From Chiloscyllium plagiosum (Eukaryota): a stretch of 42,351 nt of DNA. Every line of letters begins with the position of its first letter. Positions within the stretch are counted from its first letter, which is position 1. A program made the translations under genes and the position numbers. The notes under the pieces were generated by a model. That model was not told the origin of the DNA. It saw nothing but the letters and a program-made list of their open reading frames with translations, and did no database searches. The stretch lies in the NCBI RefSeq assembly GCF_004010195.1, contig NC_057718.1, positions 118,143 to 160,493 on the forward strand. Direction: 5' to 3'. Of this stretch, positions 10,029 to 22,724 are shown piece by piece.

Positions 10029-11948
10029 CTTCTGATGACAAACAGAAAAGCAAAATTTCTGCGATATTAATTTGAAACAACTTGGTCCAAACATTGGTTG
10101 AACTCATGACAAAAGGAAACATGAGAGATTGTCCCAAATATTATTCATAAGACCATAAGACAAAGAAGCAGGAATTTGGCCATTTAGCCCATCATGTCTG
10201 TTCCGCCATTCAATCGTGGCTGATAGGCTTCTCAATCCCATTGTTCTGCTTTCTCCCTGTAATCCTTGATCCCCTTTAGAATCAAGAAACTATCTTCAAC
10301 TTAAATGTACTCAATGGTTTGGCTTCCACAGCCTTCTGCGGCAATAGATTGACCACTCTCTGGTTCAAGTATTTTCTCCTTATCTCTGTTCCAAAAGCTC
10401 TTCCCTTTACTTTAATGCTGTGCCCTCGGGACATATTCTCTCCTACCAAAGGAAACATCTTCCCAAAATCCACTCTGTCCAGCTATTTGGTATTCTGTAA
10501 GTTTCTATTAGATCCCCCCTCATCCTTCTAAACTGCATCGAGTATAGACCCAGAATTCTCAAACGTCCCTCATAATTTAAGCTGTTCATTCCTGAGACCA
10601 TTCTTGTGAATCTCCTCTGAACACATTCCAAGACTAGTTCATCCTTCCTGAGATATGGGGCCCAAGACTGTTCACAATACTTCAAATGTGACCTGACCAG
10701 AGCTTTATAAAGCCTCAGAAGTACATCCCTGTTTTTATATTCATGTCCTCTTGAAATAAAATGCCATCATTGTATTTGCTTTCCTAATTCCTGACTCAAC
10801 CTGCAAGTTTACCTTGAGAGAATCCTGGACTAGAACTTTCAAGTCTCTTTGCACTTCAGACTTTTGAAGTTTCTCCCCATTTAGAAAATAGTCCACGCCT
10901 CCAATTTTCCTACCAAAGTGCATGCTCTCACACGTTCCCATGTTGTCTTCCATCTGCCACTTCTTTGTCCACTTTCCTAACCTGTCCAAGTCTTTCTGCA
11001 GCCTTCCCGCCTCCTCAATGCCATCTGTCCCTCTACCTATCTTTGTACCATCTGCAAACGTAGCCAGAATGCCCTCAGTTTTTTTCATCTAGATTGTTGA
11101 TGCATAAAGTGAAATGTTATGCTCCCAAAACTGGGTCTTGCAAAACACCACTTGTCACTGGCTGCTGCACTGAAAACACTTTCATCCACATTCTCTGCTT
11201 TCTGTCAATGGATTCCAGGATCTTACCCATGACTAAAATTAGGCTAATTGGCACCACCTTGCCTTTAACACCATGGGCCCTTATCTTACTCAGTAGCCTC
11301 CTGTGTGACATATTGTCAAAGGCCGTCTTGAAGTCCAGGTTGATAACATCCATTGCCTCTCCTTGGTCTAATCTGCTTGATACTTCCTCAAAGAATTGTA
11401 GCAGATTTGTTAGGCAATGACCTCCTCTTGATGAAACCATGTTGACTCTGCCCTATTTTACCATACACTTCCAAGTATTAAGAAATCTCATCCTTTCTGG
11501 TGGATTCCCGGGTTGTACCAATGACTGAGATTAGGCTAATTGGTATGCAATTTTTCCATCCTCTGCCTTACTCCCTTTTTAAACCAAGGTGCTACATTAG
11601 CAATTTTCCAGTCCTCTCTCACCCTCCCTGGTTCTAGTGATTCCTGAAATTACCACTATCTCTTCAGCTATCTCTCTGAGAACTCTGGGGTGTAGCCCAT
11701 CTGGTGCAGATGATTTATCCACCTTCAGGACATTCAGTTTTGCTTGCACCTTCTCCTTGGTGATGATCACCATACTCAGCTCTGCCCTCTCACTCTTTTG
11801 AATTGTTGGGAAATTTCTCATGTCTTCCACTGTGAAGACTGACATGAAGTAATTATTCAGTGTCTGAGCCATTTGTTTGTTCTCCAATGCTACCTCTCCT
11901 ACGTCAATGTCCATTTTTTCTTTTCTGTTGCTCTTTATACAACTAAAT

Positions 11949-12241
11949 GGGTGGCACGGTGGCACAGTGGTTAGCACTGCTGCCTCGCAGCGTCAGAGAC
12001 CCGGGTTCAATTCCCGCCTCAGGCGACTGACTGTGTGGAGTTTGCATGTTCTCCCCCGTGTCTGCGTGGGTTTGCTCCAGTTTCCTCCCACAGTCGAAAA
12101 ATGGTTAGGTGAGTTGGCCATGCTAAATTGCCTGTAGTGTTAGGTGAAGGGGTAAATGTAGGGGAATGGTTCGGCGGGTCAGTGTGGACTTGTTGGGCCA
12201 AAGGGCCTGTTTCCACACTGTAAGTGATCTAATCTAATCTA
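11949..12241 (+). mobile_element. HE1-type V-SINE
   Basis: A box tggcacagtgg, B box gggttcaattcc, central gtgtggagtttgca domain, (aatct)n tail. Confidence 0.9.
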
Positions 12242-12739
12242 AAGAAACTCATACAGTCTTTCTTTATATAACTGGCTAGCTTACCCTCATATTTAATCTT
12301 CCCCCCCCTTATTTCTTTTTTGTTGTTGTCCTGTGTTGGTCTTTGCAAGCTTTCCAATCCTTTGGTTTCCCACTGCTCTTCGCTACTTCATATACTTTCT
12401 CTTTTGCTTTTCTGCCCTGACTTACCTAGTCAGTCACGGTTGTCTCATCCTCTCTGTACCATGCTTGATTTTCCTCTGGATGAATCTCTGCTGTGTCTCC
12501 TGATTACTTTCAGAAACTCTTGCCATTGCTGTTGCACTGTTTTTCCTGCTAGGCTCTTTTCCCAGTCAGTTCTTCCCCAGCTCCAGCCTCATGCCTCTAT
12601 AGTCGCCTTTAGTCAGCTGAAATGCCATTATCTCTGATTCTATATTCTCGCTCTCAAATTGAGGAGTAAATTTTATCATATTATGATCACTACTGCTGCA
12701 GGAATCCTTCATCTTAAGGTCCCTTATCAAGTCTGCCAA

Positions 12740-14198
12740 AAGTCTTTCAAAAGTCACTGGAGTCAGGGAAAGTCCCGGATGATTGGACGATCGCTGTTGT
12801 AACCCCCTTGTTCAAAAAAGAATCAAGACAAAAGATGGAAAATTAGAGGCCAATTAGCCTAACCTCGGTTGTTGGTAAAATTCTAGAATTCATCATTAAG
12901 GATGAGGTTTCTAAATTCTTGGAAGAGCAGAGTCGGATTAGAACAAGTCAACATGGATTTAGTAAGGGGAGGTCGTGCCTGACAAACCTGTTGGAATTCT
13001 TTGAAGAGGTGACAAGTAGGTTAGACCAGGGAAACCCAGTGGATGTGGTCTANNNNNNNNNNNNNNNNNNNNNNNNNNNNNNNNNNNNNNNNNNNNNNNN
13101 NNNNNNNNNNNNNNNNNNNNNNNNNNNNNNNNNNNNNNNNNNNNNNNNNNNNNNNNNNNNNNNNNNNNNNNNNNNNNNNNNNNNNNNNNNNNNNNNNNNN
13201 NNNNNNNNNNNNNNNNNNNNNNNNNNNNNNNNNNNNNNNNNNNNNNNNNNNNNNNNNNNNNNNNNNNNNNNNNNNNNNNNNNNNNNNNNNNNNNNNNNNN
13301 NNNNNNNNNNNNNNNNNNNNNNNNNNNNNNNNNNNNNNNNNNNNNNNNNNNNNNNNNNNNNNNNNNNNNNNNNNNNNNNNNNNNNNNNNNNNNNNNNNNN
13401 NNNNNNNNNNNNNNNNNNNNNNNNNNNNNNNNNNNNNNNNNNNNNNNNNNNNNNNNNNNNNNNNNNNNNNNNNNNNNNNNNNNNNNNNNNNNNNNNNNNN
13501 NNNNNNNNNNNNNNNNNNNNNNNNNNNNNNNNNNNNNNNNNNNNNNNNNNNNNNNNNNNNNNNNNNNNNNNNNNNNNNNNNNNNNNNNNNNNNNNNNNNN
13601 NACCGTTATGCTACTGAGACTTTATAAAGCTCTGGTTAGGCCTCATTTGGAGTACTGTGTCCAGTTTTGGTCCCCACACCTCAGGAAGGACATACTGGCA
13701 CTGGAGCGTGTCCAGCGGAGATTCACACGGATGATCCCTGGAATGGTAGGTCTAACATATGAGGAACGGCTGAGGATCCTGTGATTGTATTCTTTGGAGT
13801 TTAGAAGATTAAGGGGAGATCTAATAGAAACTTACAAGATAATACATGGCTTGGAAAGGGTGGACGCTAGGAAATTGTTTCCGTTAGTCGAGGAGGCTAG
13901 GACCCGTGGACACAACCTTAGAATTAGAGGGGGTAAATTCAGAACAGAAATGCGGAGACATTTCTTCAGCCAGAGAGTGGTGGGCCAGTGGAATTCATTG
14001 CCGCGCAGTGCAGTGGAGGCCGGGACGCTAAATGTCTTCAAGGCAGAGATTGATAAATTCTTGATGTCACAAGGAATTAAGGGCTACGGGGAGAATGCGG
14101 GTAAGTGGAGTTGAAATGCCCATCAGGCATGATTGAATGGCGGAGTGGACTCGATGGGCCGAATGGCCTTACTTCCACTCCTAGTCTTATGGTCTTAC
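12740..14198 (+). mobile_element. Younger 5'-truncated CR1 LINE inserted antisense into the older CR1; spans the assembly gap
   Basis: SQHGFSKGRSCLTNLLEFFE before the gap; [15 protein letters not shown] and RRLRGDLIETYK..TRGH after it; ends tcttatggtctta. Confidence 0.9.
13053..13601. other. Assembly gap (N run)
   Basis: 549 consecutive N. Confidence 1.
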
Positions 14199-15499
14199 AA
14201 CACTGAATTCATTATTGTCTGTTCACTGGTGGTCTCCATCACAAGTTGCTTCAAAAAGTCATCTCATAGATACTCCACAAATCCCTTTTCTTGTGATCCA
14301 CTAGGCTGTAACTTTGCCTTTCTGAAACATCTTTTCTATCCCCTGGTGTATATTGAACCCCAACTTCTGCCTACTGTTTGGAGGCCTGGACATGATGCCA
14401 ACTATGTTTCTTTTAATCTTTGCGGTTCCTCAATTCCACCCACACAGGTTCTTCACCATCTGACCCTATTTGGTTCCTTGCTATTGATTTAACTTCATTT
14501 CTTACTAAGAGCGTAACCCCACCACTCTACTCCCACTGAATATTCAGCTCACAATTCTGATCCCCTTGCAGCCACATTGTCGTGATACTCACCAAATCAT
14601 ACCTACCAATTTGGATCATCACCAAAAGCTCATATACCTTATTCCTTATAGTGTGCACATTCAGATAAAACACCTTGAGTCCTGAACTAACTTTTCCTCT
14701 ACCTATTGTCATTCGTTTGTCCAGTGGGCTTGAAGGTTGATTGCTAACCCTTTCCAGATGCTCTGTCTTACTTGTATCTATGCGAGAGATTTTAATAAAT
14801 TCTCCTAAGTTCTGCACTGTTAGCTCTTCTTTTAATTCAGGTTTTCTAATTTCCCCTATCACTGATACCAGCCCCTCAACCCCCACATTTAGTTTAAAGC
14901 CTTGTCTGCAGCCCTAGTTATGCAATTCACTTGGATTCTGGTCCCAGGACGGTTCAAATGAAGACCATCCGATCAGAACAGATTCCTTCTTTCCCAGTAC
15001 TGGTGTCAATGTCCCATGAATTCAAACCCCTTTCTCCCACACCAACGCATTTACCTGCTTAGTCTTATTGATCCTGTATGAATTAACTCATGGCTCAGGT
15101 CACAATCTAGACATTATTACCTTTTTGGTTCTGCTTTTCAATTTAGCTCCTAGCTGTTCACACTGCCTTAGCAGAACCTCTGCCCCAGCTTTATCTGTGT
15201 TGTTGGTACCAACCTGGAACACGGCTGCTGGATCTTTACCCTCCCACTCCAAGTTCCTCTGCAGCTCAGATGAGATATCCCAAACCTGAGCACCAGGCAA
15301 GCAACACAACCTTCGGGACGCTCAACTGTGATCACAGTGAACAGTGTCTATGCCCCTAACCATACTATTCCCATTACAACATTTCTCTTCTCTGCCCCCA
15401 AATGAATGGCTCCCTGCACCACGGCGCTGTGGTCAGTCAGCTCCCTGCAGTCCCCATTCCCATCCGCATAGGGAGCAATACTCTTGAATCTGTTTTGCA

Positions 15500-15795
15500 A
15501 GGATAGAGTCATAGAGGTGTGCAGCATGGAAACAGACCCTTCAGTCCAACCTGTCCATGCCGACCAGATATCCCAACCCAATCGGGTCCCACCTGCCAGC
15601 ACCTGGCCCATATCCCTCCAAACCCTTCCTATTCATATGCCCATCCAAATGCCTCTTAAATGTTGCAATTGTACCAGCCTCCACCACATCCTCTGGCAGC
15701 TCATTCCATTTTCTGCGTGAAAAAGTTGCTCCTTTGGTCTCTTTTATATCTTTCCCCTCTCATCCTAAACCTATGCCTTCTAGTTCTGGACTCCC
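15500..15795 (-). mobile_element. CR1 3' tail nested in ORF1 of the older CR1
   Basis: atagagtcatagag terminal repeat, then sequence homologous to 9600-9840. Confidence 0.75.
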
Positions 15796-16436
15796 TCCTG
15801 CAACTCTACCACCTGAATCCCTCTACCTGCCTCACTCATAACGAAACCCAGCTGTCACTGACCAGTGGTTGAATTCGAGTTAGTTAGTCTAATGGGCACG
15901 ACTGTTTCCTGAAACACTCCCTGATGCGTTGCAATGTTTGAAACTCAGACTCATAACTGAGCCAGAGTTCTTCCAGCAACCAAACTTTACAATCGACATG
16001 GTCACTGGAAACCACAATGGGATCAACTAGCTCCCACATCATGTAGAAACAATACATCACCTGACCCTCCACCCTCATTTTATATAATTACTTTTGAATC
16101 TGTTTTTGTTATTTTTAACTGTTTTTGTATTTCTGTTTATGAAAGTTGCAATCAATAAATAAGTTGTATTCAATAAATTAACAAGATTCAATTTAGCACA
16201 GATTCAAATTTATAAGACTCTTTATTAGCCAATCAAATCACAGGCCTTCTGTGATGTCTCCTTTCAGTCTCACACTCCGAATCAGAAACAGAATCACTGA
16301 CCTTATCTGCCTGTTCTCCGCTCAGCTCCTCTTCCAAAGTGAAGGCCCCAATCCACATGGTGAGTTTTCATACCAAGTGCCTTCCCGAGTTGCTGTCTGC
16401 TAAAGTACTCTCCTAAAGTGAAGTTATTCTACTCCA

Positions 16437-18452
16437 TTTTGAACAGAGCGGCAGGAGAGAGGGTATAGAGAAGTGAGGGTCAGGTTTTCCCACTTAAAAA
16501 GGTAGGTCAGGTTTTCCCACTTAAAAAGGGAATGACTGCAAGAGTCAGGCCTCCCTTTTGAACAGGGCAGCTAGGAGAGAGGGGGGAGAGAGAAGCGAGG
16601 GCTGCTGGGAAGTTTTTAAGTGGGTGAGATCTAAACCCAAGACCCTACACCACAGGGCCTCCCTCCCACACACCTCCTCTAAACTTACTAGAGTCTGTAA
16701 ACGCGGCATGTTTACAGGTTTCTCTTTTTTTCTCTTTTGTTCTCTTCCTTGTTTAGTCCTGTGTGGGCTTTCAGATTAGCGGGGTATGGCTGACAGGGCA
16801 GTTGCATGTTCCTCCTGCAGAATGTGGCAGGTCAGAGACATTACACATGTCTCTGCTGACCACATCTGTGGGAAGTACACCCAACTCCAGCTCCTTGAAA
16901 ACCAAGTTAGGGAACTGAAGCTGGATGAACTACGGATCATCCGGGAGGCTGAGGGAGAAATTGAGAGGAGTTACAGGGAGGTGGTCACTCCTCAGACACA
17001 GGATAAAGACAGCTGGGTTACTGTCAGGGGGAGGAAAGGGAGCCAACAGATAGAGCAGGGATCCCCTGTGGCCATTCCTCTCAGTAATAAATATACCGTT
17101 TTAGATACTGCTGGTGGGGATGGCCTACCAAGGCAAAGCCATAGTTGTCAGGTCTCTGGCACTGAGCCTGGCACTGAGGCTCAGAGGGAAGGGGGGAGAA
17201 TAGAAAAGTGCTAGTGGTAGGGGACTCAATAGTTAGACGGATTAACAGGAGATTTTGTGGTCAGGAACAGAACTCCTGGAAGGTATGTTGCCTCCCTGAT
17301 GCCAGGATCTGGGATGTTGCCTATCGAGTTTACAGGATTCTGAACGGGGAGGGGGAGCAGCCAGAAATCATGCTACATATTGGCACCAATGATATAACCA
17401 GGAAAGGGATTGAGGATCTGCAAAGTGACTACAGAGAGCTAAGTTAGAAGCTGAAGAGCAGGACGAGTAGAGTAGTGATCTCAGGTTTGCTATCAGTACC
17501 ACGAGGCAATGAGGTGAGGAACAGTCAGCAAGTGCAGTTTAATACATGGCTGTGCAGCTGGTGCAGGAGGGAGAGCTTCAGATATTTAGACCATTGGGAT
17601 GCCTTCTGGGGAAGGTAGGACCTGTACATGAAGGACGGGTTGCACCTGAACTGGAGGGGCACAAATATCCTGGGTGGGAGATTTGCTTGTGTGGTTCGGG
17701 AGGGTTGAAACTAGTTTAACAAGGGGTTGAGAACCAGAGCCACATATCTGAGAGGGGGGTTAGTTGTAGATGGAGCAATGACAGGATGTAGTGAATCTAT
17801 CGGGAAGGTTTCTCATGCGATGAAACAAAGGGATCGGTTAAAGTGTGTCTGCTTTAACGCAAAGAGTGTCAGAAATAAGAGTGATGAACTTGGAGAATGG
17901 ATCAGTACTTGGGACTATGATGTTGTGGCTATAATGGAGATGTGGGTTTCACAGGGGCAGGAATGGTTGCTAGATGTTCCAGGGTTTAGAATGTTTAAAA
18001 AGAACAGGAGGATGGGAAAAGAGGAGGGGTGTGGCATTGCTAATCAGAGAGTGCATCACAGCTACAGAAAGGAAGGTTGTTGAGGAAGGTTTATCTACTG
18101 AGTCAGTATGGGTGGGAGTTAGGAAAAGCAGGGGAGCAGCCACCTCATTGGGGGCTTTCTACAGACCCTCTAATAGCAATAGGGTGATTGAAGAACTCAT
18201 AGGCTGGCAGATTTTGGAAAAATGCAGATGTGCAGGGATTTTGTTATTGCTGACTTCAACTTTCCCAATAATGACTGGAACCTCCTTAGTGCAGATGGTT
18301 TGGATGGACCCGTTTTTGTCAGGTGTGTTCAGGAGGGTTTCCTTACTCAGTATGTAGACAGGCCGATAAGGGGAGAGGCCATTTTGGATTTGGTCCTCGG
18401 CAATGAGCCAGGACAGATGTCGGGTCGCGTGGTGGGAGAACACTTTGGTGAC
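16437..18452 (+). mobile_element. CR1 LINE 5' part: repeat-containing 5' UTR, ORF1 (zinc finger, SGNH esterase), ORF2 APE domain
   Basis: ORF1 from 16786 MADRAVACSSCRMW..HICGK; VVGDSIVR; HIGTNDI; DGLHLN. APE motifs CFNAKSVRNK, DVVAIME.W, ADFNFP, LDLVL. Confidence 0.9.
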
Positions 18453-18454
18453 AG

Positions 18455-19810
18455 GCATCTACCGTGCCTATCTCTACTACCTCTGCTGGCAATGTGTTCC
18501 AGACGTCCACCATCCTCTGTGTGAAGTAGTTGCTGTGGGTATCCCCCTTAAACTTTTCACCTTTCACCTTGAAAGCATGACCTCTCATTGTGGAATCCTT
18601 CACCCCGGGAAAAAGCTTGTCTCTATTCACCCTGTCTACACCCTTCAGGATTTTGTAAACCTCAGTCAGGTCCCCCCTCAATCTCTTTTTCTCTAATGAA
18701 AATAAACCTAACCTACTCAACCTCTCTTCATAGCTAGCACCTTCCATACCAGGCAACATCCTTGTAAACCTTCTCTGCACCCTTTCCAAATCATCCACAT
18801 CCTTTTGGTAATGTGGTGACCAGAACTGTACACAGTATTCTAAATGCGGCCAAACCAACTTCCTATGCAATTTTTAACATGGCTTGCCAGTTCTTATACT
18901 CAATACCCCGTCCGATGAAGGCAAGAATACTATATGCCTTCTTGACCACTCTATCCACCTATGCAGCAACCTGTGCAGGGTACAATGGACCTGCACTCCC
19001 AGATCTCTCTGCTCATCAACTTTTCCCAAGACTCTTCCATTCATTGTATATTCCCTCTAGAATTAATCTTGCCTAAATGAATCACCTCACATTTGTCTGG
19101 ATTGAAATCCATCTGCCACTTTTTCGCCCAACTCTCCAGTCTATCTGGAGCAGCGTGGACTGCATGGTGGCACAGTGGTTAGCACTGCTGCCTCACAGCG
19201 CCAGAGACCCGGGTTCATTTCCCGCCTCAGGCGACTGACTGTGTGGAGTTTGCACATTCTCCCCATGTCTGCGTGGGTTTCCTCCGGGTGCTCCGGTTTC
19301 CTCCCACAAGTCCAAAGATGTGCAGGTCAGGTGAATTGGCCATGCTAAATTGCTCGTAGTGTTAGGTAAGGCGTAAATGTAGGGGTATGGGTGGGTTGCG
19401 CTTCGGCGGGTCGGTGTGGACTTGTTGGGCCGAAGGGCCTGTTTCCACACTGTAAGTAATCTAATCTAATCTAATATCCTTCTGTATTCTTTGACAGTCC
19501 CTTATGCTTTCTGCTACTCCACCAATCTTCGCGTCATCTGCAAACTTGCTGATCATACCAACAGTGCCCTCTTCCAGATCATTTATGTATATTACAAAAA
19601 ACAGTGGCCTCTACACTGATCATTGGTCACCTTTCTCCATTTCGAGAAACTCCCTTCAACTACTGCTACTACTACTCTGTTGCTCAACCAGTTCTTTATC
19701 CACCAAGCCAGAACACCCTGCACACCATGTGACTTCACTTTCTCCATTAGTCTACCATGGGGAACCTTATCAAGCGCCTTACTAAAGTCCATGTGTATGA
19801 CATCTCCTTC
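18455..19810 (-). mobile_element. CR1 RT fragment with nested HE1 SINE
   Basis: [44 protein letters not shown]. Confidence 0.85.
19162..19475 (+). mobile_element. HE1-type V-SINE
   Basis: tRNA-like head, V-domain and (aatct)n tail; highly similar to 11949-12241. Confidence 0.9.
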
Positions 19811-20129
19811 ATGACAAATGGCTCCACTTGAAGATGTGTTTATATGTGCCCATGTAACTTAAAAATGAAACGTTTAATACCTTCACAATGCCTGTTAAAA
19901 TATATGCGCCTTATTGTTAAATTAGTTCCCCAGTTTTATTCTCCCATACTCTGGCAAGTATCCAACCGGTATTCAACAGCTACACACTCCTCAAGGTCTT
20001 ATATGGTCAATAAGAACATCTCTCATTTTGAGGTTTATATTGTTAATCCTTTATAACATAATGCCTTCATCCCACCACCAAGCAATGAGAAACATCTTTG
20101 AAAAGTTTTGAAAAAAGTTTTTTTTCAGT

Positions 20130-20660
20130 TTAGGACTTCATAACTACACGCAATACTTCAGATGTGGTCTTAGCAATTCCCTGTACAACTGCTTGAAAAC
20201 ATCCCTAAGATCATACCTGATACCCTTTGCAAGAAACAGCATAATTGCATTTATCTTCCAGATCACTTGCTGCATCTTCATTCTAAGTTGATATGATTCA
20301 TGTACCCAGATACACAAATCCCTCTGTACCACTGACCTTTGCATTTTCTCTCTATTTAAATAATTTACTATTGTTTTATATTTCCCCAAAACACAAATTT
20401 GCAGTAATCCATTTATTTTGTTTTTGCTAAAGGTTTGCCCACTAACTTCCCCTGTATGTATATCATTGCAGACTCTCAACTCCACTTTACAACTTATGAA
20501 ATCAGAATCTTGTTGGGTAAATGAATTAAGCTCCAATACAAATCATTAATCTTCATACAAATCATTAATCTTGATTGTAAATAGCTGATGACCTCACACT
20601 GATCCCTAGGCACTCTTTCCAACTTTCCAAACTGAAAATGAGTAATTACTCTGTATTTCT
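20130..20660 (-). mobile_element. Old CR1 RT fragment
   Basis: QRDL...QLYRELLRPHLKYC. Confidence 0.65.
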
Positions 20661-22254
20661 TGGTTGCAAGCCAGGGCTCCCCTGTTCCTGGGGAGCAGCC
20701 TAAAAACGTAACATGACCTCCTCCTGTGCTGTGTAATGTGTGCAAAGGACTGAATATTTCATTCTATTCCTGCGTAAATCCTTAGACAGGCAGAATGGTT
20801 TCTTCCCGTTTCATTGTAATGATCCTGACTAGCTGCATGGGGTTTTCCTCTACCTCTGTAATAGCCTCGAGGGGTTGAGTGAAAGAACAACACATGGGGT
20901 AGGAGTAGTAGTTGGTTATTCAGCCCCTTGACCCTGCTGATTATGAATGACCAATTACAGTTTAGAATGTTTCGAAAGAAACTTTAGAAAGTTTAGAATG
21001 ATCATGGCTGCTCTAATTGTGGCTGAACACCCCTTTCCTGTCTATTCCCAATAAGCATTGAGTCCCTTGTCCATCAAAGATCAGTTGAGATCAGCATTGA
21101 ATATATTTAATGACCCAGTTTCAACTTTTCCCTTGGGATGAGAACTCTGCAGATAGCACAACCTGAAAGAGATTGAAACATCCTTCTCTCAATATGAATT
21201 GGAAAACCCTTTATTCTTAAAAGTGTTAAACTCACAGCAAGTCACCTCCTCTTTTGAGAAATAAGGCCACAACAAATAAGAACGTGCAGTTTCTCAAACC
21301 AATCAAACATTCAGTAAAGTATTTATCAAACTCAGCCTCCACTGCTCTCTCACAAAGACATTTTCAATACCTTCAGGCAATAAGCTTAAGAAATTGGAGC
21401 AAAGTTAAGCTATTTGGCCCATCGAGTGTACTCTGCTGTTTGATCATGGCTGACATGTATCTCAACACAACTGCCTTCTCATTGTAACCGTTGATCCCCT
21501 TATTAATCAAAACCTATCTATTTCTTTCTATCTGTATGTGCTTCCATGCATTTCCACTTGATGGCAGGAGACAGAGTGGTTATGGGCGTGGAATGTTTTT
21601 TTCAGACCGGAGGCCTGTAAACAGTGGCATTCCGTAGGGATCAGTGCTAGACCCTCTTTTGTTTGACATTTATATCAGTCATTTCAACGCGCTCATAGAA
21701 GGCATGATTAGCAAGTTTGCAGGTGAAAACAAGAGTGGTTATCTAACATTACAAAGAGATCTTGATCAATTGGATCAATGAGTCATAGATTTGAACAGCT
21801 AAAAAACACACCCTCCAGTCCAATTCGTCCATGCCGACCAGACATCCTAAATCAATCTACTCCCATTTGCTAGCATTTGGCTTATTATCTCTCTAAGCCT
21901 TTTCTATTCGCATACCCATCCAGATGCAATTTAAATGTTGCAATTCTACTAGCCTCCACCATGTTCTCTGGCAGCATGTTCAATACACGCTTCACCCTCT
22001 CTGCATGAAAAAGTTGCCCTTAGATCACTTTTAAATTTTTTTCCTCTCACTTTAAAGCTATGCTGTCTTGTTTTGGACTCCCCTAACCTGGGGAAAAGAA
22101 CTTCACTGTTTACCCTATTCTGTGTCCCTCATGATTTTATTATCTCTATAAGGTGAAAATTTGACTCCAATCAGTACGAATGCCTGTGCTTTCAGTCACT
22201 CTGGGCCTAAATTCTGAAATTCAATACTGCCATTTCTTCCTTCCTGATTAAGTC

Positions 22255-22572
22255 ACAATTCCACAATAATTATAATCAACTTGTTCCGACATATAATGAA
22301 ACACCTCTGTGGGGTTTGAACCTAGACTATTGGGCCCAGAGGTAGGGACACAAGAATCACTCAGAAATAGCCCCTAAAGTTGCAACATTATTCTCATGTG
22401 TGTTTGTTCATCAACATGTTCTGACATGCTGTGACACAACTCTGCAACAGGTAGGATTTGAATCCAGACCTTCTGGTACAAAGATAGGCACACTAACACA
22501 AATTTAGGAATTGGAATTGAATCTAGGGTTCTGGCCTAGAGGCAGGGGTGGTACTCAATGCACAAGACCTAA
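22255..22572 (-). repeat. Three degenerate tRNA-like (SINE-head) units in tandem
   Basis: gggtttgaacctaga..ggcccagaggtagggacac / ggatttgaatccaga..ggtacaaagataggcacac / ggaattgaatctagg..ggcctagaggcagggg (reverse-complement B-box GTTCAA-like). Confidence 0.5.
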
Positions 22573-22636
22573 ACAATGCCCACATTTTGGGTCACATTTT
22601 ATGTGCCAGCTTTCAGCTCTGTATGGATTTATTAAA

Positions 22637-22724
22637 GCTGAAAATGTGTTGCTGGAAAAGCGCAGCAGGTCAGGCAGCATCCAAGGAACAGGAGAATCGA
22701 CGTTTCGGGCATAAGCCCTTCCTC
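22637..22724 (-). mobile_element. Single-arm mini-PLE (family A), truncated within the hammerhead core
   Basis: 14-bp TSD atggattt(a/t)ttaaa at 22623-22636 and 22725-22738. Confidence 0.85.

Larger units (their letters stand above)
10146..16400 (-). mobile_element. Near-full-length degenerate CR1 LINE (ORF1 zinc finger and SGNH esterase; ORF2 APE and RT) with nested insertions
   Basis: ORF1 at 16078-15100 (MWELVDP..DHV; CCLPGAQVWD..VGTNN); APE near 14700 (YLNVHTIRNK..DLVSIT..WL); SDHN near 12690; RT motifs CLTNLLQFFE, LDFKTAFD, FADGTK; 3' cataagac repeats at 10146. Confidence 0.85.

Noticed and set aside
11211..11254. ~44-bp segment duplicated from ~11503-11545 within the CR1
   Set aside because: Small internal rearrangement of a dead LINE with no sign of function.
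11949..12020. tRNA gene (also at other A/B-box hits)
   Set aside because: These are SINE heads continuing into the V-domain and a LINE-derived tail.
12919..13627. Long ORFs of 232 and 194 aa
   Set aside because: Artefacts of translating the N gap. The flanks are CR1 RT, and the gap length is about what the missing RT segment (~200 codons) would need.
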